From an uncultured Gemmatimonadales bacterium (GTDB lineage Bacteria > Gemmatimonadota > Gemmatimonadetes > Longimicrobiales > RSA9): 64,000 nucleotides of DNA. The stretch lies in NCBI GenBank assembly GCA_963816355.1, contig CAWFKH010000003.1, forward strand, positions 512,001-576,000. Direction: 5' to 3'. Position numbers and translations under genes: made by a program. Shown one piece after another: positions 8,773-18,655 of this stretch (position 1 is its first letter; every line of letters begins with the position of its first letter). The notes under the pieces were generated by a model. That model did no database searches. It saw only the letters and a program-made list of their open reading frames with translations, and was not told where the DNA came from.

Positions 8773-11700
8773 GGTGGCGGCGCAGGGACTGGGTGGCGAT
8801 CGCGGCGCTCGCCGCCGCGGTTCTGCTCGCGTTGCTGTGGACGCGCACGCTCTCCGGCGGCTACCTGGCGGGCGCGGTCGTCGGCCTCGCCGCCGGCGCG
8901 GTCGCTCTGGCGCAAGCCCCGCGCCGGCTGTTGCTCGCCGCCTTCCTGACGACCACGGTCGGCGTGGCGTCGGCCGCGTGGACGGAGCTGCGGCTCGACC
9001 GCATCCGCGGCGACTGGACCGGCTACGCCGCCGCGCAGGCGGTGCGGCTTCGCGCCGACCTCGACCGCCGCATGGCGAGGGTGTTCCGCGACGGCGACGC
9101 CGCCGCGGAGCGCGCCGCCCGCGTCGCCCGACGCGTCGACGGCGCGGCGCTCTTCTCCTCACTGGAGGGGATCCGCGCCGACGCCGGCGTCGCCGCGGTG
9201 GCCGTCTTCGACGGGAGCGGTCAGCTCACCGCGTGGGCGGGCGAGCATCGCGGCGTCCTGCCGGAGCAGGCGCGCATCCCGGAGCGAACCGTCACCTACG
9301 CGGAGCGGCCGCTCTTCAGCTATCTATACCTCTCCGCGCCGATCGAGGACAGTGGCGGCAACGCGGTGGTCATCGTGCTGCTGCAGACCGGACCGCCGCT
9401 CGGGCCCGGGCGCGCAGGCGGCGTCGCGTCGCGCTTCGCGGCGGCCGCCGGCGCGACGCTGCGCTTCGCCTCCGGCGGTGGCGCCGGCGCCGACTGGCGC
9501 TATCCCGCCACCGGGGAGGCGGAGTTCCACGCGGAGATCGAGCCGCCCACGCAGGCGGCCGTGCTCGACCGCGTCGGCACGCTCGGACGACGGGCGGTGG
9601 TCGCGCTGCTCGCGCTCGCGTTCGCGCTGCTCGTCGCCGCGTGGAGCCGCATCGGCGAGGGCCGCAGGCGCCGTTTCGCCGCGCCGCTGCTCGGCGCCGC
9701 CGTCTTCCTCGTCGCGGCGCCGCTGGGCGCCGTGCTCCCCGTGCCTACGCTCTTCTCGCCGGGGCTGTTCCTGCTGCCGACGCCGGGCGAGATCACGCTC
9801 GGGCCGCTGCTGCTCGTGCTCCTTCCCGCGACGGCGCTGGTCAGTCTGCTGCGCGCGCCGCCGCTGCCGCGGCGCGCCTTCCGCGTCGCGCTGGCGCTCG
9901 GCGCCGCCTACGTCGCGGCCGCATTCGCGCTCGTGCTGCGCGCGGTTCTCGCCGGCGCGGGTCCCACGCTGCTGGAGGGGGATGCGTTCCTCTGGTGGGG
10001 TCTGCAGCCGGCGACGATGCTGCTCCTCACCGCGCTCGCCGCGTTCGCGTTCCCGCGTGAGCGTCGCGAAGCCGCCGCCGCGAGCGCGGGCGACGACGCG
10101 GGGCACGACGCGGGGGAAGGCCTGGGGGACGACGCGGGCGGCGGTGCGGCGTCCGGCGAGCCGTGGGAGGGCGAGGAAGGGCGGTCGAGCGGCGGTGCGC
10201 GGGCAGGCGCCGCACCGGCGGGCCGGGCGCCGTCGAGCTGGCCGCTGCTCGCCGCGGGGGCGTTCCTCGGCGCGCTCCTCGCCGGTGGGCTGACGGCGTA
10301 CTGGCTGCGCCACGTGCCGCCTCGCCGCGCCGACGCGTGGCCGGTCGGCGCCGCGGCCCTGTGGTCGTTGCCGTTCCTCCTGATGGCGGTGGGGCTCGGC
10401 CGCCGCGGCGCCACGGGCGGGCGGCTGCTGCGGACGCTGTGCGCCGGCTGGCTCGCCGTCACGTTCGCGCTGCCGAACCTGTGGGCGGCGCACGAAGGGG
10501 CGCGCATCGCGGCCGCCGAGCGCTCGCTCGCCACGCTGGGCAGCCGCGCCGACCCGTACGCGTCCTATCTGCTGAACCGCTTCGCGACCGATCTCCGCGA
10601 GCGCGAGGCGCGCGGCGACGCGGGCCTCGACCTGGTCTTCCGCGCGTGGGTCGCGAGCGGCCTCGCCCAGGGCGGCTACCCGGTCCAGATCATCCTGTGG
10701 GACAGCGCGGCGCATCCCACGGCCGCCCTGCACCTCGCGGGCGCGCCCGATCCAGAGCCGCTCGAGCCGGCCACCGCCAGCGCGCTGCGTTCGCTGCTGC
10801 GCCGCGCGTCGGCGGCGTCGCTTACGATCCTGGACGCGGAGCCGCCGATTCCGGCGGCGAACCAGGCGCTCGCGGTGCCGTTCCGCGATGGCGGCGGCGT
10901 CACGGTCCTGCTGCCGCCGCGCCGCGCGCTCGACTATCCGCCGGCGCTGCTCAGCTTCCTCGGCGCGCCGCCGCCGAGCGGCACCCGTCTCTCGCTCATC
11001 CCATCGGCGGCGGCGGGGGCCGCGGCGCCGGCGCGTCGCGACATCTCGTGGAGGCTGACGGATCGCGGCTGGCGCAGCGAAGCGACCGTCGTCTATCCGG
11101 ACGGACCCTATCACGCGCACCTCGACCTGCGCGTGCCGCCGCGCGTAGTGCTGCTCGCGCGCGGCGCCCTCCTCGCCGCGCTGCTTCTCGCGTTGTTGAC
11201 CGTGCTGTGGGGCGTCGCGCGCGCGGTGGAAGGGGGCCTGCACAGGCCGGGGAGGGGGTGGCTGGCGTGGCTGGGCAGCTTCCGCGCGCGCGTGAGTCTC
11301 TCGCTCTTCGCGTTCTTTTTGTTGCCCACGATCGCTTTCGGCGCGTTCGCCTACCGCGTGCTCGCCGGCGAGGCGGTCCGCTCGGCGACGCTGCTGGGCG
11401 AACACGCCGTCGACGAAGCCGCGCGCGCGTTCCCCGCCTCGAGCTACCTCGTCCGTATCGGCGACCGCGTCGGCGAGGAGGTGCTCTACTACTTCCGCGG
11501 CGAGCTGGCGCAGGCTTCCTCACCGGAGGCGGTGCAGCTCGGCCTCTACGGCGCGTGGATGCCGCCGCGCGTCTACCTCGCCCTCAACACGGGCGAGCAG
11601 GTCACCGCCTCGGACGCGCGCGAGGTGTACCAGACGCCCTACGTCGTCTCCTTCCGCGCGCTGCGGCCCGCCGGCACCCTCGCCGTCCCGGTCTCGCTCT

Positions 11701-12722
11701 CGACCGGCGACGCGGTCGCGCGCCAGATGGAGCTGATGCACCTCGCGCTCTTCGCGGCGCTCGTCGGCGGCATCCTCTCCTTCGCCCTCTCGCTCTACGT
11801 CGCGCGCGCGCTCGCGCGGCCGATCGGAAGGCTGCGGCGCGCCGCGGCCGCCGTGGGCGCCGGCCACCTCGAGGTGCGCCTGCCCGCGCTGCGGCGCGAC
11901 GAGTTCGGCGAGCTGTTCTCGTCCTTCAACCGCATGGTGCGACGGCTGCGCGAGGCGCGTTCGCGTGAGGTGCGTACCGCCCGCATCCTGGCGTGGGGCG
12001 AGATGGCGCGGCAGGTCGCACACGAGATCAAGAACCCGCTCACGCCGATCAAGCTCTCGGTGCAGCACCTCCGCCGCGTCTACGCCGACGGCAGGGCCGA
12101 CTTCGGCCGCATCCTCGAAACGAACGTCGAGCAGATCCTGGGCGAGATCGACCGCCTGGGCGAGATCGCGCGCGCCTTCTCCCGCTACGGCGTTCCGCCC
12201 GAGTCCGCGGGGCCGCTACAGCGCGTCGACGTCGCCGGCGCGGTGCGCGAGGTGCTCACGCTCTACCGTGCGGGCGACACCCGCATCCGGTACGCGGAGG
12301 AGGTCGAGTCGGATCTGCCGGAGGCATGGGCGCGCGCCGGCGAGCTGAAGGAGGTCCTGGGAAACCTGCTCGAGAACGCGCGTTCCGCGGTGGGCGAGGA
12401 GGGCTCGATCGCGGTGGCCGCCGAACACGAGGACGGCCGCCTCGAGCTCCGCGTGGACGACGACGGCAGCGGTATCCCGTCCGAGTTGCTGCCGCGCGTC
12501 TTCGAGCCTCACTTCTCGACGCGCACGGCGGGGACCGGGCTCGGTCTGGCGATCGTGCGGCGTCTGGTGGAGAGTTGGGGCGGCGAGGTGGAGGTCGAGA
12601 GCGAGCCGGGCCGTGGCACCACCGTCCGCGTACGCATGCGCGTCGCGGACGGTGATGCCGCCGTGGACCGGGAGCGGGGCGGAAACGGCGGCCCCGCCGG
12701 CGGCTATTCGGAGGCCCGGTAG
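8757..12722 (+). CDS. Large multi-pass membrane sensor histidine kinase (NtrY-like HAMP-HisKA-HATPase)
   Basis: Many TM segments, HAMP (DEFGELFSSFNRM), H-box AHEIKNPLTPI, NLLENA, DDGSGI, GTGLGL. Confidence 0.88.
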   Translation: MTQRSWWRRRDWVAIAALAAAVLLALLWTRTLSGGYLAGAVVGLAAGAVALAQAPRRLLLAAFLTTTVGVASAAWTELRLDRIRGDWTGYAAAQAVRLRADLDRRMARVFRDGDAAAERAARVARRVDGAALFSSLEGIRADAGVAAVAVFDGSGQLTAWAGEHRGVLPEQARIPERTVTYAERPLFSYLYLSAPIEDSGGNAVVIVLLQTGPPLGPGRAGGVASRFAAAAGATLRFASGGGAGADWRYPATGEAEFHAEIEPPTQAAVLDRVGTLGRRAVVALLALAFALLVAAWSRIGEGRRRRFAAPLLGAAVFLVAAPLGAVLPVPTLFSPGLFLLPTPGEITLGPLLLVLLPATALVSLLRAPPLPRRAFRVALALGAAYVAAAFALVLRAVLAGAGPTLLEGDAFLWWGLQPATMLLLTALAAFAFPRERREAAAASAGDDAGHDAGEGLGDDAGGGAASGEPWEGEEGRSSGGARAGAAPAGRAPSSWPLLAAGAFLGALLAGGLTAYWLRHVPPRRADAWPVGAAALWSLPFLLMAVGLGRRGATGGRLLRTLCAGWLAVTFALPNLWAAHEGARIAAAERSLATLGSRADPYASYLLNRFATDLREREARGDAGLDLVFRAWVASGLAQGGYPVQIILWDSAAHPTAALHLAGAPDPEPLEPATASALRSLLRRASAASLTILDAEPPIPAANQALAVPFRDGGGVTVLLPPRRALDYPPALLSFLGAPPPSGTRLSLIPSAAAGAAAPARRDISWRLTDRGWRSEATVVYPDGPYHAHLDLRVPPRVVLLARGALLAALLLALLTVLWGVARAVEGGLHRPGRGWLAWLGSFRARVSLSLFAFFLLPTIAFGAFAYRVLAGEAVRSATLLGEHAVDEAARAFPASSYLVRIGDRVGEEVLYYFRGELAQASSPEAVQLGLYGAWMPPRVYLALNTGEQVTASDAREVYQTPYVVSFRALRPAGTLAVPVSLSTGDAVARQMELMHLALFAALVGGILSFALSLYVARALARPIGRLRRAAAAVGAGHLEVRLPALRRDEFGELFSSFNRMVRRLREARSREVRTARILAWGEMARQVAHEIKNPLTPIKLSVQHLRRVYADGRADFGRILETNVEQILGEIDRLGEIARAFSRYGVPPESAGPLQRVDVAGAVREVLTLYRAGDTRIRYAEEVESDLPEAWARAGELKEVLGNLLENARSAVGEEGSIAVAAEHEDGRLELRVDDDGSGIPSELLPRVFEPHFSTRTAGTGLGLAIVRRLVESWGGEVEVESEPGRGTTVRVRMRVADGDAAVDRERGGNGGPAGGYSEAR

Positions 12723-14224
12723 GTCACGAGCTGGGGCTGGTCGCTGCCCGGAGCGATGACGACGAGCTGCACGGGCTGGCCCGCGTCGAGGCCGGCGGAG
12801 ATCCGGTCGACGTCGCTCGCCGAACCGACCTGCTGCCCGTTGATCGAGAGCACGATCGTGCCGCGCGTGATGCGCTGCGCGGCGGGTCCGAAGCGGGCGA
12901 CGTCGCTGACCACCGCGCCGCTCGTCCGGTCGACGCCGAGCTGCCGCGCGATCGCCGGTGTCAGGTCCTGCGCCTCGAAGCCGAGCAGGTCACGCCCGCG
13001 CTGCGGCTTCTCGGCGACCTGCTCGCGCGTCTTCGGCTGCTCGAACTGCCCCAGCTTCACGCTCAACTGCTGGGGCTTGCCGCCGCGATACACGGTGAGG
13101 CTCACCGAGCTTCCCGGCTGCATTCGGGCGAGACGCGCGATCAGGTCCGGCGAGGACTGGATCGGCTCGCCGTTCAGCGCCGTGATCACATCGCCCATCT
13201 TGACACCGGCGCGGTCCGCGGGCGTGTTCGGCTGCACCTGCGTCACCAGCGCGCCCTCCACCTTCGGCAGGTGGTACAGCTCGGCCTCTACGTCGCTCAC
13301 CGGTCCGATCAGCACGCCGAGCTGCGGCCGCCGCACCGTGCCGTACTTGATCAGGTCCTGGGCGACCTTCTGCGCCAGGTCGATCGGGATCGCGAAGCCG
13401 TAGCCGACGTTGAACCCGGTCTCCGACTCGATCGCGCTGTTGATCCCCACGACCTCACCCATCAGGTTCACGAGCGGTCCACCCGAGTTGCCCGGATTGA
13501 TCGCCGCGTCGGTCTGGATGTAGGACTCGATCGTGGCGTTGTTCTGCTGCCGCTGCGCCAGGATCCCCAGGTTCCGCCCCTTCGCGCTGACGATGCCCGC
13601 CGTCACGGTGAACTGCAGACCGAGCGGATTGCCCAGCGCCAGCACCCAGTCGCCCACCTTGAGCTGGTCGCTGTCGCCGAAGCGCACCGACTGGAGCTGC
13701 ACTCCCTGCGGCGGCTCGATCTTGATCACCGCCACGTCCGAGTTCGGATCCGTGCCCACGACCGTAGCGTCGTACTCGCGCCCGTTGACCGTCGTGACCT
13801 TCACCTTCTGTGCGTCCGCGACGACGTGGTTGTTCGTGAGGATGTAGCCCCGCGAATCGAAGATGAACCCGGACCCCGACCCGCGCACCGGCGGCAGCTC
13901 CTGCTGCTGCTGCGGGTCGAAGAACGGGATCGCCTGGTGCTGCTGCCGCAGCCGCTGCATCGCCACGTCCGGCCTCTCCTCCACCTGCACGTAGACGACG
14001 GACGAAAGCGCCCGCGCGGCAGCGTTGCGGAACGTGGTCGACAGCGCCGCCGCCGTCGCCGTGTCGATCGCGGCGGTGGGATGGGCGCCGAGCTGATCCT
14101 GAACGCTCGATCGCGCGGGCTGCGTCTCCTGTGCCAGCGCCGCGTGTTCGCTGCCGCCGCACGCCGCCAGCAGCAGCAAGCCGGCGACCATGCTCCTTCT
14201 CGCCGCAAGTACCATGATGGACAT
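12704..14224 (-). CDS. degP: HtrA/DegP (Do) serine endoprotease with PDZ domains
   Basis: TNNHVV, DVAVIKI, TDAAINPGNSGGPL triad; two PDZ-like domains; lipobox-like LAAC. Confidence 0.9.
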   Translation of the reverse strand: MSIMVLAARRSMVAGLLLLAACGGSEHAALAQETQPARSSVQDQLGAHPTAAIDTATAAALSTTFRNAAARALSSVVYVQVEERPDVAMQRLRQQHQAIPFFDPQQQQELPPVRGSGSGFIFDSRGYILTNNHVVADAQKVKVTTVNGREYDATVVGTDPNSDVAVIKIEPPQGVQLQSVRFGDSDQLKVGDWVLALGNPLGLQFTVTAGIVSAKGRNLGILAQRQQNNATIESYIQTDAAINPGNSGGPLVNLMGEVVGINSAIESETGFNVGYGFAIPIDLAQKVAQDLIKYGTVRRPQLGVLIGPVSDVEAELYHLPKVEGALVTQVQPNTPADRAGVKMGDVITALNGEPIQSSPDLIARLARMQPGSSVSLTVYRGGKPQQLSVKLGQFEQPKTREQVAEKPQRGRDLLGFEAQDLTPAIARQLGVDRTSGAVVSDVARFGPAAQRITRGTIVLSINGQQVGSASDVDRISAGLDAGQPVQLVVIAPGSDQPQLVTYRASE

Positions 14225-14679
14225 CTCTTCCTCTCCGGATCTCCTGAACCCTCTCGCCATCGGGGCCATCCAACTGCGAGCCCCCGACCGCCCCTCGGAC
14301 CCCGGTCGCGAGCGTCTGCGTTGCCGCGCCGACGGACCTCGGGACGGATCGAGCCGGCTCTTCGTATCCGCCGGGTCCGCACCTTGTTCCACGAGCGCGG
14401 GTCCGCGGAGCGGCAAGCGCTGTGAAGGCACCGCACGATCAGGGCCGGCGCCCGGCGCCGTGGCCGGTGGTCCGTCCGGGCCACCGCGGCGTCGCGGCCG
14501 CGCCCATCACGCCATGGCATCGCCCCGCCCCGCCCGCCATATCCCTGCCCGTCACGGCGACGATCCTCGCCCGCCGCGACGCGTGCCCCGCGCCGTCGTC
14601 GCGCGCCGCCGGCCGGCGCCGTGTCGGTCCCGGCGCGGCGCGCGAGCGCTCGTGCGAACCTCGAAGATCGGAACGGCGG

Positions 14680-16218
14680 ATGCTGGCACAGGTGCGGAGC
14701 GGAGCGGTACTGGGCGTCGAGGCCTACCTCGTTCGCGTCGAGGTGGACGTCTCATCCGGCCTGCCCGGGATGAGCGTCGTCGGGTTGCCCGAGGTAGCCG
14801 TTCGGGAGGGAAGGGAGCGCGTCACCGCCGCGCTCCACAACAGCGGCCACGTCATCCCGCCGCGCCGCGTCACCATCAATCTCGCGCCGGCCGATGTCCG
14901 CAAGGAGGGCAGCGCCTTCGATCTGCCGATCGCGCTGGGGCTGCTGTGCGCGAGCGGCGCGGTCCGGCCGGAGGCGCTCGACGGCCTCTGCTGCGCCGGC
15001 GAGCTGGGCCTCGACGGCGAGCTGCGCCCGATCCGCGGCGCGATCTCGCTCGCGCTGCGCTGCGCGCGCGAACGGGTCCGCTCGCTGCTGCTGCCAGCGG
15101 CGAGCGCGCCGGAGGCGGCCGTCGTCGAGGGGGTGGAGGTGCACGCGGCGGCCACGCTCGGCGACGTCGTCGCCCACCTCACCGGACGTGCGCCGTTGCC
15201 CCCCGTCCGCGTCGATCCGGCGAGGCTGCTCGAGGCCGCTCCCGATCGCCGCGCTCTCGACCTGGCGGACGTCCGCGGCCAGGTCGTCGCGAAGCGCGCG
15301 CTCGAGATCGCCGCCGCCGGAAGCCACAACCTGCTGCTGATCGGGCCGCCCGGGTCCGGCAAGTCGATGCTCGCTCGCCGCCTGCCGTCCATCCTGCCGC
15401 GCCTCACGCTCGCCGAGGCGGTCGAAGTGACGCGCGTCCACTCCGCGGCGGGGCGGCTCCAGCCCGGCGCCGCGCTGCTCGCCGCACGACCGTTCCGCGC
15501 GCCGCACCACAGCATCAGCGATGCCGGTCTGATCGGCGGCGGCGCGTTTCCGCGCCCGGGCGAGGCGTCGCTCGCGCACGGCGGCGTGCTCTTCCTGGAC
15601 GAGCTGCCGGAGTTCCGGCGCCACGTGCTCGAATCGCTGCGCCAGCCGCTCGAGGACGGCCACGTCCACATCGGCCGCGCGCGCGCCAGCATCGTGCTGC
15701 CTGCGCGCTTCACGCTCGCCGCCGCCATGAACCCGTGCCCGTGCGGCTATCACGGCGACGGCCTCGGCCGCTGCACCTGCCACGCGGGCGAGATCCGCCG
15801 CTACGTCGCGCGCCTGTCCGGGCCGCTGCTCGACCGCGTCGACCTCCACGTCGACGTCCCCTCGCCGCCTGCCGGGGACCTCCTCCACGGGCAGGGCGGC
15901 GAGAGGAGCGAAGAGGTGCGGGCGCGCGTCGACGCCGCCCGTGAGCTCCAGCGCGTCCGGCTGGGAGATGCCGCCGCGGCCAACGGCCGCATGAGCGCGC
16001 GCGAGGTGCGTCTGCACTGCGAGATCGACGGTGCGGGCGAGCGTCTGCTGCGGAGCGCCGTCCACCGCCTCGGCCTCTCCGCCCGCGCCTGCCATCGCGT
16101 GCTCAAGGTCGCGCGCACCATCGCCGACCTCAGCGGCGCCGAGCGGATCGGCACCGCCCACCTCGCCGAGGCGATCCAGTACCGCAGCCTGGACCGGCGG
16201 GCGCGCGTCGTGGTGTAG
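14680..16218 (+). CDS. comM: YifB/ComM Mg-chelatase-like AAA+ ATPase
   Basis: INLAPADVRKEGSAFDLPIA, GPPGSGKS, RPFRAPHHS, LFLDELPEF, AMNPCPCG, LSGPLLDR. Confidence 0.92.
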   Translation: MLAQVRSGAVLGVEAYLVRVEVDVSSGLPGMSVVGLPEVAVREGRERVTAALHNSGHVIPPRRVTINLAPADVRKEGSAFDLPIALGLLCASGAVRPEALDGLCCAGELGLDGELRPIRGAISLALRCARERVRSLLLPAASAPEAAVVEGVEVHAAATLGDVVAHLTGRAPLPPVRVDPARLLEAAPDRRALDLADVRGQVVAKRALEIAAAGSHNLLLIGPPGSGKSMLARRLPSILPRLTLAEAVEVTRVHSAAGRLQPGAALLAARPFRAPHHSISDAGLIGGGAFPRPGEASLAHGGVLFLDELPEFRRHVLESLRQPLEDGHVHIGRARASIVLPARFTLAAAMNPCPCGYHGDGLGRCTCHAGEIRRYVARLSGPLLDRVDLHVDVPSPPAGDLLHGQGGERSEEVRARVDAARELQRVRLGDAAAANGRMSAREVRLHCEIDGAGERLLRSAVHRLGLSARACHRVLKVARTIADLSGAERIGTAHLAEAIQYRSLDRRARVVV

Positions 16219-16318
16219 GACGCTGGCCGGGTCGCGTCCATTGACGGTCCGCCATTCCGCGCCGCATGTTTGTCGCCGCCTGCCTTCCCCACCCCCCTCC
16301 TCCCTCCAGAGGTGCACG

Positions 16319-17905
16319 ATGGCTCTCGCGGACGAGCTGGCCTATACGACGGCGACCGAGCTGGCCGCGCGCATCCGACGTCGCGAGCTGTCGCCGGTCG
16401 AAGTGATGGATGCGACGCTCGACCGTATCGAGGCGCGCAATCCGAGCCTCAACGCCCTGGTCTACTTCGGCTTCGACGAGGCGCGGGCGCGCGCCCGCGA
16501 GGCGGAGCGCGTGGTGATGGCGGGCGAGGCGACGCCTCCGCTGCACGGCGTGCCGACGGCGATGAAGGACCTCTTCGACTTCAAGCCGGGGTGGGTCAGC
16601 ACCTTCGGCGGCATCCGCGCGCTGAAGTCGTTCGTGCTGGACGCCTACTGCGCGTTCGCGGAGCGCATCGAGCGTGCGGGCGCGATCATCGTGGGCAAGA
16701 CGAACGCACCGGTGCTGGGATTCCGCGGCACGTGCGACAATTATCTCTTCGGCGCCACACGCAATCCGTTCGACCTGGAGAAGAACACGGGCGGCTCGTC
16801 CGGGGGCAGCGCGGCGGCGGTGGCCGACGGCCTGCTCCCCTTCGCCGAGGGCACCGATGGCGGCGGCTCGATCCGCATACCCGCCTCCTGGTGCGGGGTC
16901 TACGGCTACAAGGCGTCCTTCGGCCGCGTGCCCTTCCTCACCCGCCCGAATGCGTTCGGCGGTGACACGCCGTTCCTCTTCGAAGGCATGCTGTCGCGGT
17001 CCGTCGACGACGCCGCGCTGGCGATGAGCGCGCTCGCCGGCTACGACGCGCGCGATCCGTTCAGTCTCGACGAGGAGGTCGACTTCATCGGCGCGCTGGG
17101 GCAGTCGATCCGCGGCTGGAAGATCGGCTACACGCCGAATTACGACGTATTCCCGGTCCAGGCGGAGGTGCGCGAGGCCGTGGCGAGGGCGGTGCGTGCG
17201 TTCGAGGAGGCGGGCGCGCACGTCGAGGAGGTGGAGGTCGGGATCCGTCGCCCGCAGCACGAGCTGAGCGACGTGTGGTGCCGGCTGATCACGCCGATCA
17301 GCCTGCTCACGCTGGACTTCTTCAAGCGGCAGGGGCTGGACCTGCTGCGCGACCACCGTGAGGACTTCCCGCCGCAGCTCCTGGAGTGGCTCGAGGTCGG
17401 CAGCCGCATGTCCGCCCTCGACTTCTACCGCGACCAGGAGGTGCGCACCGAGATCTACGACGCCGTCCAGGGCGTCTTCGGCCGCTACGACCTGCTGGTG
17501 AGCCCCACGCTCTCCTGCCTCCCCGTCGCGAACGCGGGCGATGGCAACACGGTGGGCCCGAGCGAGGTCGAGGGCGAGGCGGTGGACCCGCTGATCGGCT
17601 GGTGCCCCACCTATCTGATCAACTTCTGTGGCAACCCGGCCGCGTCGATCCCCGTGGGGCTGTCGCGCGACGGCATGCCGATCGGCATGCAGATCGTCGG
17701 GCGTCGCTACGCCGACACGCAGGTGCTCGCCGCGAGCGCCGCCTTCGAGCGGCTCCGTCCCTGGAAGGACACCTACGCGCGCTGCGCCGCGCGGCCGCTG
17801 GTAGCGCCTTCCGGCCGCACCGGAGCGGCCGGTGCGGCGCGCGCCGACGTGGGCGGCGTCCGGCCGGAGCCGGCTCTCGACGGGCCGCTGCCGCCGCCGA
17901 GCTGA
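16319..17905 (+). CDS. Amidase signature family enzyme
   Basis: [36 protein letters not shown]. Confidence 0.9.
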   Translation: MALADELAYTTATELAARIRRRELSPVEVMDATLDRIEARNPSLNALVYFGFDEARARAREAERVVMAGEATPPLHGVPTAMKDLFDFKPGWVSTFGGIRALKSFVLDAYCAFAERIERAGAIIVGKTNAPVLGFRGTCDNYLFGATRNPFDLEKNTGGSSGGSAAAVADGLLPFAEGTDGGGSIRIPASWCGVYGYKASFGRVPFLTRPNAFGGDTPFLFEGMLSRSVDDAALAMSALAGYDARDPFSLDEEVDFIGALGQSIRGWKIGYTPNYDVFPVQAEVREAVARAVRAFEEAGAHVEEVEVGIRRPQHELSDVWCRLITPISLLTLDFFKRQGLDLLRDHREDFPPQLLEWLEVGSRMSALDFYRDQEVRTEIYDAVQGVFGRYDLLVSPTLSCLPVANAGDGNTVGPSEVEGEAVDPLIGWCPTYLINFCGNPAASIPVGLSRDGMPIGMQIVGRRYADTQVLAASAAFERLRPWKDTYARCAARPLVAPSGRTGAAGAARADVGGVRPEPALDGPLPPPS

Positions 17906-17917
17906 TCCGCGGGCGAG

Positions 17918-18325
17918 TCAGGCGCCGGCGTCGAGGCGCGCTTCGGCGCGCAGCGGCTCGAAGAGCTCGATCGGATTTCCCGCCGGATCCTCCACGATGA
18001 CCTGCTTCACGCCGACGCCGGTGACGACGTCGCCGCGGAAGCGGGCGCCGGCCTCGCGCAGACGCGCCACCGTCGCGTCGAGGTCCTCGACCTGGATCGC
18101 GAAGCGATTCCAGCCGCCCGGCGCCGGCGTCGCCCCGTCCTGTGCCGGGGCGCCGCCGCCGGGCGAGGGATTCGGCGCGCTCAGCACCAGACGGAGGTCG
18201 CCGCGCGTCAGCATCGCGAACGGCGGCGCCGGGTGCATAACGAGGTGGAAGCCGAGGCGCAGCGTGTAGAACGGAATGGCGGCGTCGACGTCGTCGACGA
18301 TGTAGCGGACCTGTACGCTGGCCAT
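17918..18325 (-). CDS. VOC/glyoxalase family protein
   Basis: VRYIVDDVDAAIPFY...VEDLDATVARL...EDPAGNPIELFEP. Confidence 0.88.
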   Translation of the reverse strand: MASVQVRYIVDDVDAAIPFYTLRLGFHLVMHPAPPFAMLTRGDLRLVLSAPNPSPGGGAPAQDGATPAPGGWNRFAIQVEDLDATVARLREAGARFRGDVVTGVGVKQVIVEDPAGNPIELFEPLRAEARLDAGA

Positions 18326-18487
18326 TCTCTTCCTCCCTTGCGCGCCTCACGCGCGCAGCAACCGTTGGGCCTGCCCCGGCAGGCCGGTATGAAATTAGGC
18401 ATGGCGAGCGCTCCGCGGCCACCGGCCGGCGCGGCGAGCGCGCGCGGGGGAGCGGTGCGGAGCGCACCCGGCGGCGCCTGGAGGTCC

Positions 18488-18516
18488 TTGTCGTGCCACT
18501 GCGTCGCGCATAATAT
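18488..18516 (+). promoter_or_regulatory. Putative sigma-70 promoter of the PAS hybrid kinase
   Basis: TTGTCG-N17-TAATAT in an otherwise GC-rich intergenic region. Confidence 0.45.
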
Positions 18517-18655
18517 CGACGCACCCTCCGTTCCCCCGGCGTGGCGCGAGCCGCGTCCGTTCCCCGGTATTCGACGCGCGGGTCGCTCCGTCTCCGCCAT
18601 GGCGGCGCCATGAGTCGGCCGCCCGCGTCCGCTCGCAACGCTCCGGAGCAAGCGG

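Noticed and set aside
16319..17905. Second gatA
   Set aside because: Has the amidase signature but lacks the GatA-specific EASSNLARYDG and EVKRRI motifs; the real gatA is at 49378
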